A stretch of DNA of 64,000 nt from Callorhinchus milii. Its lineage: Eukaryota. Below the pieces are notes generated by a model. That model had not been told where the DNA came from, searched no databases, and saw nothing but the letters and a program-made list of their open reading frames with translations. Of this stretch, positions 23,727 through 34,146 are shown piece after piece; position 1 is the first letter of the stretch; every line of letters begins with the position of its first letter. Location of the stretch: the NCBI RefSeq assembly GCF_018977255.1, contig NW_024704786.1, positions 372,001 to 436,000 on the forward strand, read 5' to 3'. Made by a program: the position numbers and the translations under genes.

Positions 23727-24435
23727 CTTGGTTCCTTCTCAGCGCCGCTCGGGCCGTCCCTCACCGCCGCCTGCCTGCCTGTCGGTCGGTCACCGCCACA
23801 AGCACACGCACCGCGCACAGACCGCACGCACGCAGATCTGGGGACCGAGCAAAACATGCCCGTTCCTCATCAACACGCCCCAATGTTTAGATTGGCGTCG
23901 TTTGGGGGGAGAATTTAGCGCAGGCGCGAGGCGGCCGCCTAAACCCTGAGTGCGTGTGGGCGGAGGCGGTTGAGGACCGTCAACAATGGCCCGAGCTGCT
24001 GGCAACCGGCCCTCGAGCCGCTGATTGGTCGACGCTCCTGTCGATAAGGGCTGAGGTTCCCGCCCTCGCCGAGCGCGCTGATAGGTCGCATCCGCAAATC
24101 CGCGGCTCTGATTGGGCCTCTCGCGTTGTCAGTCAAACGCCGGTTCCCGCCCCCTAACCTGGAAGTGGTGGTGGGGGGGGGGGGGAGCGCGAGCGAGCGT
24201 GACGGTTGGTGGCAACCGCCCTCGAGGCGCTGATTGGCCGACATCCGTGCCAATCAGCGCGGACAACGCGCCGACCGCGCGCTCCGATAGGGTCGCGTCG
24301 AGCCACCGCGCTTCGGATTGGTCGCCGGCGCTGTCGGTCAGGCGCCAGCCGCCCGCCCGCCCGCCCGCGACGGCAGCTGATTGGTCGGTTTGAGCGGGAG
24401 GGCGGGCGAAGCGGGACGGTTGGTCGCGAGCGGCG
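23727..24435. promoter_or_regulatory. Bidirectional CpG-island promoter BCKDHA/EXOSC5
   Basis: 709 bp between divergent ATGs. Eight CCAAT/ATTGG boxes (23880, 23891, 24024, 24111, 24233, 24250, 24317, 24380), GC boxes, an ETS-like GGAAGT, and a YY1-like AAGATGGCGG over the BCKDHA ATG. Confidence 0.85.
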
Positions 24436-24532
24436 ATGGAGGCGCCGAGTGTGGAGCTGCCGCTCCTCAGGCCGTTCGGCTGTGAGTACAGTCTGCTGTC
24501 CAGGCCTGACGGCTCGGCCTGCTTCACACAAG
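24436..24532 (+). CDS. EXOSC5: EXOSC5 (RRP46) exon 1 (MEAPSVELPLLRPFGCEYSLLSRPDGSACFTQG)
   Basis: RNase PH-family LLSRPDGSA motif, GCGATGG start, phase-1 GT donor. Confidence 0.92.
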
Positions 24533-24589
24533 GTGGGCCCCTCGGCCTCTGGGGGGGGTGGGGGGGATTGTGGGGCTGAGGCCCAGTAA

Positions 24590-24997
24590 CTGATAATAAG
24601 TGATCGATAACCGATACCTGATCGATATCCTGATTGATACCTGATACGTCGTTGATACCGCTGATGAATAGCCGATTAACAACTGATAAGACGTTAATAC
24701 CTGATCAATAACTAATAAGTCTTTGATACCTGATCAATAGCTAATTAATAACTGATAAGTCGTTGATGTTTGATCAATAATAGGTTAATAGCTGATATGT
24801 CGTTAATACCTGATCAATGACTGGTTAATAACTGATAAGTCGTTGATACCTGATCAATAGCTAATTAATAACTGATACGTCGTTGATACCTGATCAATAG
24901 CTAATTAATAACTGATAAGTCGTTGATGTTTGATCAATAACAGGTTAGTAGCTGATATGTCACTAATACCTGATCCATAACTGATCAATAGCTGATA
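24590..24997. repeat. AT-rich ~40-bp tandem repeat in EXOSC5 intron 1
   Basis: Unit TACCTGATCAATAGCTAATTAATAACTGATAAGTCGTTGA with degenerate flanks. Confidence 0.88.
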
Positions 24998-25059
24998 AAA
25001 TGTCAGGTTTTTTTAAAATTATTTTTATCGTCACAAGGAAAACGGTTACACAAGAGCCG

Positions 25060-25273
25060 CGGAGGGTGGTGGGGGGGGAGCGGGTGGGGGAGAGGGGGGG
25101 GGTGTTGGGGGAGGAGGAGGGTGTGGTGTGGGAGGCGGGTGGGGGGGTCGGGTGTGGGAGGGTGTGGTAGGGGAGGAGGAGGGGCGGGTGGGGTGTGGGA
25201 GGAGGGGGTGTGGGGGAGAGGGGTGGGGGGGGTGGGAGGCGGGTGGTGGGGTGGGGGAGGCGGGTGGGGGGTG

Positions 25274-25306
<33 letters not shown>

Positions 25307-25530
25307 GGGGGAGGGGGTGTGGGGGAGAGGGGTGGGGGGGTGTGGGAGGCGGGTGGTGGGGTGGGGGAGGCGGGTGGGGGGGTGTTGGGGGAGGAGGGGG
25401 GGTGGGGTGTGGGAGGCGGGTGGTGGGGTGGGGGAGGCGGGTGGGGAGGTGTTGGGGGAGGAGGGGGGGTGGGGTGTGGGAGGAGGGGGTGGTGGGGGAG
25501 AGGGGTGGTGGGGTGGGGGGGGACGGGGGC
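25060..25530. repeat. G-rich low-complexity/minisatellite tract in EXOSC5 intron 1
   Basis: GGGGTGTGGGAGGCGGGTGGT-type units and poly-G. Confidence 0.9.
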
Positions 25531-25581
25531 GACCAGCCGGCCAATGGAACCAATGTGACGCTCCGGGTTGCCTTCTCCCAG

Positions 25582-25695
25582 GGGACACCACGGTGTTGGC
25601 CGCCGTGTACGGACCTGCCGAGGTGAAAGTCAGCAAAGAGATCTTTGACAAAGCCACACTGGAGGTCCTGCTCAAACCTAAAGTGGGGTTGCCAG
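25582..25695 (+). CDS. EXOSC5: EXOSC5 exon 2 ([37 protein letters not shown])
   Basis: 114 nt, AG/GT flanks. Confidence 0.96.
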
Positions 25696-25955
25696 GTCAG
25701 GTCGCACCCCCACCCACCCTATACCTCTCCGACCTCCTAACCCCCCCCCCCCGCCCCCCGACCGACCGACCGACCTGCTCGCTCCCTCCGCTCGGCGGGC
25801 TCCGGCCTGCTTCACGTCCCCCCCCACCACCCCCCCTTTCCGCCACACTGCCCCCCCCGCCCTCTGGAACCCCATCCTGCGGTCACGGTCACATAACACA
25901 GTCTCAACGACGTGATAAGGCGCTATATCAAATGCAGTGCGTTGTTATTTTGAAG

Positions 25956-26077
25956 GGGTCGCGGAGAGGAGCAAGGAGCAGCTGATTCGAAACACGTGCG
26001 AAGCCACGATCCTGACAGCTCTGCACCCCCGCTCCTCCATCACCGTCGTCCTGCAGGTCATTCACGACGCGGGGTCC
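25956..26077 (+). CDS. EXOSC5: EXOSC5 exon 3 ([15 protein letters not shown]...[18 protein letters not shown])
   Basis: 122 nt, followed by the U12-type donor GTATCCTT. Confidence 0.95.
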
Positions 26078-26602
26078 GTATCCTTACACCGGCGGCTGGT
26101 GAGCGTCTCGCTTGGTGACCACGTGATGCTGGGCAGCGTTCCAATGCTCTCTCGTTAGCTCACCCGCCTCGCGAGAGAGAGGGTCCGGGTTCGAATCCCG
26201 GGCGGGTCAGGGACCAAACCTTAGGCAAGTTTCCTTACTCCACCACACACACACACACACACACACCTGTTACCCAGCAGTAAGTAAGAGGGTAATAAAC
26301 CCTTCAAAATAATAATAAAAATAATGTGGTCACTCTAATCCACGGCTGTTTGTGGGGGACGTCGCTGGGTTAGGAACTGGCTGCCGCGCTTCGCCCGCAA
26401 AACGCACAGTCACTGCACTTTACGGTGTATCCCGTGAAGCGCATTGAGACGTCTCGAAGACGCGATCAGGCGCCGGGTCAAATGCGAGGATTATTGTAAG
26501 TCTGTTGCCTGGGGAGATGGGGTGTGAGTGTGTGTGTGCGCGTGTGTGCGCGTGTGTGTGTTGGATGTACAATCGGAAGATCCTTAGCTGCTGGTGGCAC
26601 AG
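26078..26602 (+). other. U12-type (minor spliceosome) GT-AG intron of EXOSC5
   Basis: 5' site GTATCCTTA; branch-like TCCTTAGC at 26581-26588; no pyrimidine tract before the CAG. Confidence 0.88.
26145..26497 (+). mobile_element. SINE inside the EXOSC5 U12 intron
   Basis: GGTTCGAATCC B-box, core and tail match the family. Confidence 0.85.
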
Positions 26603-26743
26603 CTGCTCTCCTGCTGCCTGAATGCGGCCTGCACAGCGCTGATTGACGCGGGGCTGCCGATGAGGAGCTTGTTCTGCGGCATAACCTGCCTAATTGACTC
26701 CGACGGGAACATCCTTCTGGACCCAACAAGCAAACAGGAAAAG
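26603..26743 (+). CDS. EXOSC5: EXOSC5 exon 4 ([20 protein letters not shown]...LDPTSKQEK)
   Basis: 141 nt, conserved NAA..AL.DAG motif. Confidence 0.96.
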
Positions 26744-27420
26744 GTCAGAGCTTTTACCCGCTGTTTCGTACCGTTAAAAAGCCCTCCGAATGCCCCCCCC
26801 CCCCCCCGCCACCGTTTACAACAGCAACTTGCATTTATATAGCGCCCTTCAAGAGGGGTAGCATCCCGGAGGCTTGACAGCGCCGGAGTCTGACCCCGAG
26901 CCAGGGGGAGGGGAGGTGACCATAAGTGCCATCAAAACAGAAGGTCTTTAGGTGGGAAGGGAGGGGATGAGGCAGAGGTATTGAGGGCGAGAGTGACAGA
27001 GTTTCGGGGCGCAGTGGCTGAAGGCACGGCCACCAAAGGTGGAGCGGAGGGGACGAGGGACAAACAGGAGGCCGGAGCCAGCTGAGCGGAGGCAGCGGGT
27101 TGGTGGGGTAGTGGGTGGGGTAAGCAGGGAGGATAAGTAGGGAGGTGCAAGGGTTAGGGATTTGAGAAGAAGGAGCGGATCTGGAAGTCGATTCGTCTAA
27201 ACACAATGTTACTTGCACAATTCTGTGTGATCTTAAATTCTGAGATGCAATTTTAGTTCTGGAAGTCCACCCACAGTCCCTCTGCCTTGCCCCCCCCCCC
27301 CCCCCCTCCCACCCCGGCTCCTTCAAGACCCTTCTCTTCGACCGTCCTTCGGTCACCCCCTGAGCATCAGTAAGACTTTCTCCTATTTCACGCTGTTTGT
27401 CAATGGGTCTCTACTTGCAG

Positions 27421-27510
27421 GAGTACAGAGCTGTTCTCACGTTCTCCATGGACAGCGTTGACAAGAAAGTGCTGTTATCTTCCACCAAAGGCTCTTACTC
27501 CGTAGAGGAG
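27421..27510 (+). CDS. EXOSC5: EXOSC5 exon 5 (EYRAVLTFSMDSVDKKVLLSSTKGSYSVEE)
   Basis: 90 nt, AG/GTGAGT flanks. Confidence 0.95.
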
Positions 27511-28439
27511 GTGAGTTCATGTATTTATACATATTCAATAATCATCAATAATCATTTGACACAGCGCCTTTCATGTCAGGGGGATGTCCCAAGGTGCTGG
27601 ACAGTCAGGGTTATGCCCCTGAGCTGGGGGTTGGGATCAGGAGGGGTGAAGGGCAGGGAGGGTGGGGTTAGGTAGGAGGGTGACCGAAGGTGCGGTTAAA
27701 GAGGAGGGTCTTGAAGGAGGCAAGGGAGTGGGTGAGGCGGGGCGACTGTGGGATGCAGTTCCAGAGGGTGGGGGCAGAGAGACCGAAGGTCCGACCGCTG
27801 AGGCAGGCAGAACGGGGGACGTGAATCAGGCTGAGCGGAGAGAGTGGACGTGTCGTTAAGGAGCGATATAAACGGGGAGAAGATTTGATATTATAATAAT
27901 AATCCTCGCATTTGATAACAGCGCCTTATCACGTCTTCGAGAAGTCTCAAAGCGCTTCATGGGCTACGCTATCAGGTGAATCCACTGTGCATTTTGTGGG
28001 CGATAGAGTTATAAGATGATTATGTATGTGCAGTGCAGCGTCCCAGTTGAGCACTTAATAAGAACTTAACGGCTTAATGTGTAGTGCTAGTGAACAAAAC
28101 CCCTTCTCGGCTGCTTTACACTCGGTCTCTGTGTTTGTCAGCCCTGTTATCTGGTTGAACTTGTAAGTTGTAGCTTGACAGTAATTTACACATTTATGCA
28201 AAACAATTCTATTTGGAAGAATTTTCCTTTCCTTGCGTTTACAATAACCTTTGAGCGGGAATATAAATTGGCTACTTAAACCTAAACGGCTTGACATGCT
28301 GTATTAAATGTTTTGACGGCCCCAAGAGTTTTGTAATCTTAATTTCTCGCCAGACGGTTCTCCCGAATGGGAATGTCTGGCTGATCATTTGTTCCCCCAC
28401 CGATGATTTCTTTGCCGCCCATGAAGGGGGGGAGCTGCA

Positions 28440-28720
28440 ATCGCGTGTTCAGCGGCTCGATTTCAAGATACTCGCTCACGTCTTCAAGTCCCTTCACGCC
28501 CTGGCACCTCCCTACCTCTCCGGCCTGCTTACTTACTCCCCAACCCACAACCCATGGCCTCCGCTCGACTGACTCCAACCTCCTGCTTGTCCCCTCGTGC
28601 CCTCCATTCCTCCATTAGTGGCCGCGCTTTCAGCCACTACTCCCTGAAACTCTGGAATTTTCTCTCGCAGTCCTCTGCCTTCCCCCCTCCTTCCCCACTG
28701 TCAAACGCTCCGGGACACTA
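28440..28720 (+). mobile_element. L2-clade LINE 3' fragment (representative; similar pieces near 19880, 26820, 30720, 31670, 31935, 39165, 45110, 58270 and 63340)
   Basis: Translates to RLDFKILAHVFKSLHALAPPYLS and GRAFSHYSLKLWNFL, typical of the L2 ORF2 C-terminus. Confidence 0.8.
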
Positions 28721-28915
28721 CCCTGTTGTCCCCTCAAGCTGTTGTTAGTCAGAGGGAGCATTCAACCCCCAGTGTGAGAGTTGGTGTACAGATAGTCTTG
28801 TTTCTTGCCTCTTTTTACGCGAGGAATTTTGTCTTCCACTCCCTCCCCTGTGTAGAGTCAGTGCAGTGTGCCTTGCTCTGCTGACTCTCTCTCTCTCTCT
28901 CTCTCTCTGTCTCAG

Positions 28916-29017
28916 CTCCAGCAGTGCATCGCAACATGCCAGAAAGGGTCGGAAAAAGTCTTTCAGTTTTACCGGGATTCGGTGCGGAGGAAGTACTCTA
29001 AGCTCCTGAACGAGTGA
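28916..29017 (+). CDS. EXOSC5: EXOSC5 exon 6 (LQQCIATCQKGSEKVFQFYRDSVRRKYSKLLNE*)
   Basis: (CT)n tract plus CAG acceptor, TGA stop; the joined CDS is 666 nt. Confidence 0.95.
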   Translation, partial: LQQCIATCQKGSEKVFQFYRDSVRRKYSKLLNE

Positions 29018-29327
29018 AACTGCGCAGCACTGAGATCACCGGGGCCTGGTGTCTGTCAGCGTGCTCTCAACCTGTCCGCCAACAGTCACCCAGCGCAAGA
29101 CAAACAGTGACCGAGCCTTTGACCCCCGTCCGTCTCTCTCTCTCTCTCACTTTATGCCCACAGCGGCGAGCTCCTGAACTCACACCCTGAAGAGCGAGGC
29201 TCGGTGTCCCCTACGTGCGAGAGAAGAGGAGATTGTTTGTGTGTTTCACCGTTCCTCTCTCTCCGCCCCACCCCGGCACGGACAGTCGGCAACGTTTCCC
29301 TGAACGAGGAATTATTTTGGAAGGATG

Positions 29328-29333
29328 AATAAA
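29328..29333 (+). terminator. EXOSC5 poly(A) signal AATAAA
   Basis: Canonical hexamer ~310 nt after the stop. Confidence 0.65.
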
Positions 29334-29616
29334 ATCTTTTGTTAAAAAAAGAGAGGCACGCTGGTTTCGCATTGTGAGAGAGGCTGTTAGAGGATTCCAC
29401 AAGGAATGAGGTACCTACAAGGTGAACACAGTGTTGACACCAGGGATGAGGAACTTCAGTAATGAGGAAAGACGAGAGAGGCTGAGATTGTTCTCCTGAG
29501 AGCAGAGAAGGTTGAGGGGAGATTTAATAGAGGTGTTCACAATTATGAGAGGTTTTGAAACAGTCAAAAAAAAAATTTAAGTTATTATTACCCCCGGAAA
29601 GCAACCAATCGACCTA

Positions 29617-29998
29617 TAATAATAATCCTGGCAATTGACACAGCACCTTATCACGTCGTCGAGACGTCTCAAAGCGCTTCACAGAATATACTGTAAAGTG
29701 TAGAGTGTATTATGTCGGCGAAACACGGCAGCCATTTGCGTACAGCAGCGTCCCCACAAGCAATCCTGGATTGACGTGATGAAATTATTATTCATTTATT
29801 GAGGGATTCTTACCCCCGGAAAAGTGATCCGCTAATCGACTAACAGCCGGGTCCCTACTTACTGCTGGTAAACAGAGGCGTGTGAGCGTGTGGGGTAAGG
29901 AAACATGCCTAAGGTTTCGCCCTGACCGGCCGGGAATCGAACCCAGGTCCTCTCGATTGCGAGGCGAGCAGTCTAACCACTACGCTACAGGATTCCAC
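29617..29998 (-). mobile_element. Full-length SINE
   Basis: Family head, core and tail, reverse strand. Confidence 0.85.
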
Positions 29999-30379
29999 AA
30001 TGTGGTGCGAGAACCTCTTTACAGGACAGCTAGCGATGTGCCGGTCACCTTGATGGTCGAGAGGTCCCACTCCGATTCCGTGTACCAGCCAGACTCAGTA
30101 CCATCATCTTAGTGCAGGTCCTCATGAGGAGCTTTGAGACGTCCTGCTATGGGAAAGGTGTGTAACAGTCGCTAGTTTGTCTGACAGTCAGTAGTTTGTA
30201 TGTTACAGTTATTATAAGGGGATTATTATTAATAGGTGTGCGGAGTAAGGAAACTTGGCCGATGTTTTGCTCTGCCGGGAATCGAACCCAGGTCTCTCTC
30301 TTGCGAGGAGAGTGCTCTACATGCTACAGCCACGGGATTTAACACACGATCCCTCTACGGAGTATCTAATTCTGACCGA

Positions 30380-30404
30380 NNNNNNNNNNNNNNNNNNNNN
30401 NNNN
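30380..30404. other. Assembly gap (others at 6444-6731, 8175-9138, 13234-13377 and 13574-13603)
   Basis: N-runs. Confidence 0.99.
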
Positions 30405-30449
30405 AGAGAACGCGTACGACCTGGAGGCCAACCTCGCTGTCCTGAAGCT
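30405..30449 (+). CDS. EIF3K: EIF3K exon 2, 3' part only (ENAYDLEANLAVLKL); the 5' part is in the gap
   Basis: Exact eIF3k motif immediately after the N-run; phase-2 donor GTGAGC. Confidence 0.93.
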
Positions 30450-31329
30450 GTGAGCAGCAACTCTCATCTGGTCACCCCCCACCGACCTCCTGACCCCCCC
30501 CCCGCCACCCTCACACACTCTCTCTCTCTCTCTCCTCTCTCTCACACTCTCTCTCTCTCCCTCTCACTCTCTCACACACACTCTCTCTCTCTCTCCCACT
30601 CTCTCTCTCTCTCCCTGTCTCACACTCTCTCTCTTCCCTCTCATTCTCTCACACACACTCTCTCTCTCACACACACTCTCTCTCCCTCTCTCTCCCACTC
30701 TCTCTCTCTCCCTCTCGCTCCCTCCGCTCAGCGGGCTCCGGCCTGCTTCACGTCCCCTGCCTCGCTCGCCCCACTATCGGCCACTCTGCCCCCCACCCTC
30801 TGGAACTCCACCCCGCAGTCCCTTCACCTCGACCCCCTCCCTCACCGCCTTCAAGACCCGTCTCAAGACCCTCCTCTTCGACCAAGCACGCCTTCAGTCA
30901 CCCACCCGCCCACACCCTTCTGATCCCACCCCCCCAGCTCGGGTGAAAGTGAGAGAGAGAGAGAGAGAACGAGTGTACGAGAGGGAGAGAGAGAGAGAGA
31001 GTGTGTCTGTGTCCAGCAAACTTGGGACATCCCCTAACTATCTACTCTGCGTTTGAAGGCTCCACAGGTTGACTGTTCGCTCACTGTAACAGTGTTTGCG
31101 TAGATTTGTTCTGAATTCACCCCCTTCGGTCGCATCACAGGCCGCGTGTCCTCTGGTTTCACTATCCGGGTCATGATATGTGTTGTTTTGCCTCTTCAGA
31201 ATCTCACAGACAGCAATCGTGTCGCCTCTCGGTCTTCTCTTTTCCAGCGCGACTCTGGCAGCTCTTTCAGTTTAATGGTCTCTGTTGGCCCTGCACTGAC
31301 CACGGGTATTCCTATGCTATTCCTCGCAG

Positions 31330-31450
31330 GTATCAGTTCAATCCCGCCTTCTTCCAGACCTCAGTGACGGCTCAGATCCTACTGAAAGCCTTGACCAACC
31401 TCCCGCACACAGACTTCACGTTGTGTAAATGTATGATCGAGCAGACCCAC
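31330..31450 (+). CDS. EIF3K: EIF3K exon 3 (YQFNPAFFQTSVTAQILLKALTNLPHTDFTLCKCMIEQTH)
   Basis: 121 nt, followed by the U12 donor GTATCCTTC. Confidence 0.97.
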
Positions 31451-32257
31451 GTATCCTTCCCAAGAGACAGCGGGTTTCCAGTAACAAATAATAACAATCC
31501 TGGCGCTTCACGGGATATACTGTAAAGTGTAGTGACTGTGTGTTTTGGGGGCCAAACGCGGCAGCCGATCGCGCCCAGCGACGTCCCCACAAACAGCCGT
31601 GGGTTGAAGTGACCGAATTATTATTAATTTTATTTTTGAGGGGATTATTACCCCCCCCGTCAGACATGGTCAAAGAGGAAGGTGTTTAGGCACAACCTGA
31701 AGATGGGGAAGGAGTGCGGGGGCGAGGCGGGTGGGGGGGGGGATTGAGGGAGAGAGTTTTTGGGGGGGGGGTAGTGGCTGAAGGCACGGCCACCGATGGT
31801 GGAGCGGAGGGCACGAGGGACAAGCAGGAGGCCGGAGCCAGTTGAGTGGAGGCAGCGGGTAGTGGGTTGGGGAGTGAGCAGGAGAGAGGTCGGGAGGTGC
31901 CAGGGTGGGTGGGAAGGGATTTGAAGACGACCAGACCTTCAGCCTCTCTGCCCCCGACCCTTTGGATCTCCATTCCCCTCACCCCCTCCCTCCCTCACCT
32001 CCTTCAAGAACCTCCTCTTCGACCAACCGTACCTTCAGTCACCCTCCTACTCCCCACCTGCCCTCCACCCTCTCCTGATCCCAACCCCCAGCTCGGGTCT
32101 CAAGCCCCTCACCGTCCAGCGCCTTGGGACGTCCTCCCGACATGAGAGACACCGTGTAAATGTCAGGTGGTGGTGTTTTTCACGAATGGGGGAGAAACTA
32201 TCTTTGAGGGTGAAGCCTTCAGTGCCCTCAGTCGTTGCTTTAACTGAATGACCACAG
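31451..32257 (+). other. U12-type GT-AG intron of EIF3K
   Basis: 5' site GTATCCTTC; branch-like TGCTTTAAC at 32236-32244, 13 nt before the intron end; no pyrimidine tract. Confidence 0.88.
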
Positions 32258-32332
32258 CAGGAGGAACGACCAATACAACAGATCCTGACGCTGGGGGACC
32301 TGCTCGAGACCTGCCACTTCCAGGAGTTCTGG
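32258..32332 (+). CDS. EIF3K: EIF3K exon 4 (QEERPIQQILTLGDLLETCHFQEFW)
   Basis: 75 nt, GTAAGT donor. Confidence 0.96.
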
Positions 32333-32344
32333 GTAAGTTGATAA

Positions 32345-32707
32345 CAATAATAATATTAATCCTCGCATTTGACCCGGCGCCTGATCACGTCTTCGAGACG
32401 CCTCAAAGCGCTTCACAGGACACGCTGTAAAGTGTAGTGACCGTGTGTTTTGTGGGCGAAACGTGGCAGACAATTGCGCCGCCCAGCGACGTCCCCACAA
32501 ACAGCCGTGGGTTGGGTTGAGTTTTTTTTTTGAGGGATTATTACCCCCAAAAAGTGATCCCCCAATCGACTGACAAGCGAGTTCCTACCGACTGCCGGGA
32601 ACACAGGCGCGTGTGTGTGTGGGTGGGGGGGGTTTGGCCTAAGGTTTCTCTGACCTGACCCAGGTCCTGTGGTTTGCGAGGCGAGGGGTCTAACCCCTGA
32701 GCTACTC
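32345..32707 (-). mobile_element. Near full-length SINE in EIF3K intron 4
   Basis: Family match, reverse strand. Confidence 0.85.
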
Positions 32708-32777
32708 CCCTCTACCCTTGGCCGCGTGTCTTGCGTTTCCCAATTCCTGTTTAATTCCCGTCTGATTTTCTCCTCAG

Positions 32778-32844
32778 CGAAATCTGGAGGATAACGCTGA
32801 GCTGATCGACGGGATCGCGGGCTTCGAAGATTCAGTCCGGAAAT
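32778..32844 (+). CDS. EIF3K: EIF3K exon 5 (RNLEDNAELIDGIAGFEDSVRK)
   Basis: 67 nt, AG/GT flanks, GFEDSVRK motif. Confidence 0.96.
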
Positions 32845-33207
32845 GTACGTACAGAATGTCCAACACCATTAATATTCTTTGCCCCTTATCCCCCCCCCTC
32901 TCTCCCCCCACCCCACACACACGCGCACACACACACCATCGGAGGCCGCACTTTCATCCACCGCGCTCCGAAACTCTGTCACACTCTCTCCGTCGATCCT
33001 TCCATCTCGCCCCCACCCTCTCGCTCTCTCTCCTGAGGCTCTGGCACTGTCGAGCGCTCTGGGACGCTATCCTGCGCGAGTGAAGGCGCGCTGTGTAAAT
33101 GCAAGATGTCGTCATCGTTGCGTTCTGAGGAATCTTATTCTCTTGTGTTGAACTCCCTCTCTCTATCTCTCCCTCCCCCCCTCTCTCCCCCTCTCTCTCT
33201 CGTCCAG

Positions 33208-33285
33208 TTATCTGTCACGTAGTTGGGATCACGTACCAGTCGATTGAGAAGTGGTTATTAGCGGAAATGCTGGGAGATTTATCAG
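33208..33285 (+). CDS. EIF3K: EIF3K exon 6 (ICHVVGITYQSIEKWLLAEMLGDLS)
   Basis: 78 nt, AG/GT flanks. Confidence 0.96.
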
Positions 33286-33374
33286 GTAATAAAGAGTCTC
33301 TACTGATTGCTGGGGTGGGGGGGGGAGAGTATGTAAGTGTGTGCGTGTGTGTGTCTCTATATCTCTCTCTCTCT

Positions 33375-33535
33375 CTCCCCATAGCCCTGATCAACCCCAC
33401 TCCCCCGCACTCTCCCCATAGCCCTGATCAACCCCACTTCCCCGCACTCTCCCCATAGCCCTGATCAACCCCACTCCCCTGCTCTCTCCCCATAGCCCTG
33501 ATCAACCCCACTCCCCCGCACTCTCCCCATAGCTC
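33375..33535. repeat. 4 x ~38-bp tandem repeat from a CR1 segment
   Basis: Unit CCCCATAGCCCTGATCAACCCCACTCCCCCGCACTCT, continuing into a reverse CR1 fragment. Confidence 0.8.
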
Positions 33536-33690
33536 TGCAAACTTGTCCTCCCCAAATAATTATCTTCTACTCTCAAAAGTTGCTATTGAATCGGTTCCCA
33601 CCGGCCTTTCAGGCAACGCATTCCAGATCCCAACAACTCGCTGTGTGAAAATAATAATAATAATAATAACTTCCCGTCGCGCCCTAACAG

Positions 33691-33816
33691 ACTCACAGCT
33701 GAACGTGTGGATGAGTAAGTACGGATGGTCCGAGGAGGAGCCGAACAGGATCTTCATCTGCAACCAGGAGGAGAGTATCAAACCTAAGAACATTGTGGAG
33801 AAGATCGACTTCGAGA
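33691..33816 (+). CDS. EIF3K: EIF3K exon 7 (SQLNVWMSKYGW...EESIKPKNIVEKIDFE)
   Basis: 126 nt, AG/GTAAGT flanks. Confidence 0.96.
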
Positions 33817-34040
33817 GTAAGTGTCACCCGTTCCACAGGAGACGTCTGGTAGACGGGATAAGGCGCTGTGTTGGCTGCCGTGTTTCTCCCACCAATACAC
33901 AGTCACTACACTTCACAACCTGTCCCGTGAAGCGCTTTGAGACGTCTCGAAGACGTGATGAGGCGCCGGGTCCAACGCAGGGATTATTATCGTAACAGAC
34001 TAACGGACCCTTCTCTCTCTCTCTCTCTCGTCTCTCACAG

Positions 34041-34072
34041 GTGTTGCTAGTATTATGGCGTCTTCTCAGTGA
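34041..34072 (+). CDS. EIF3K: EIF3K exon 8 (VASIMASSQ*)
   Basis: (CT)n plus CAG acceptor, conserved C-terminus, TGA stop. Confidence 0.94.
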
Positions 34073-34140
34073 GCAGCCCAGCCCCTCCCTTCGCTTTTTA
34101 TCAGAGACTCAGATGTTCCGCCTGCAAAGTTTTGCTTCCC

Positions 34141-34146
34141 AATAAA
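34141..34146 (+). terminator. EIF3K poly(A) signal AATAAA
   Basis: Canonical hexamer ~70 nt after the stop, GU-rich sequence downstream. Confidence 0.75.
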
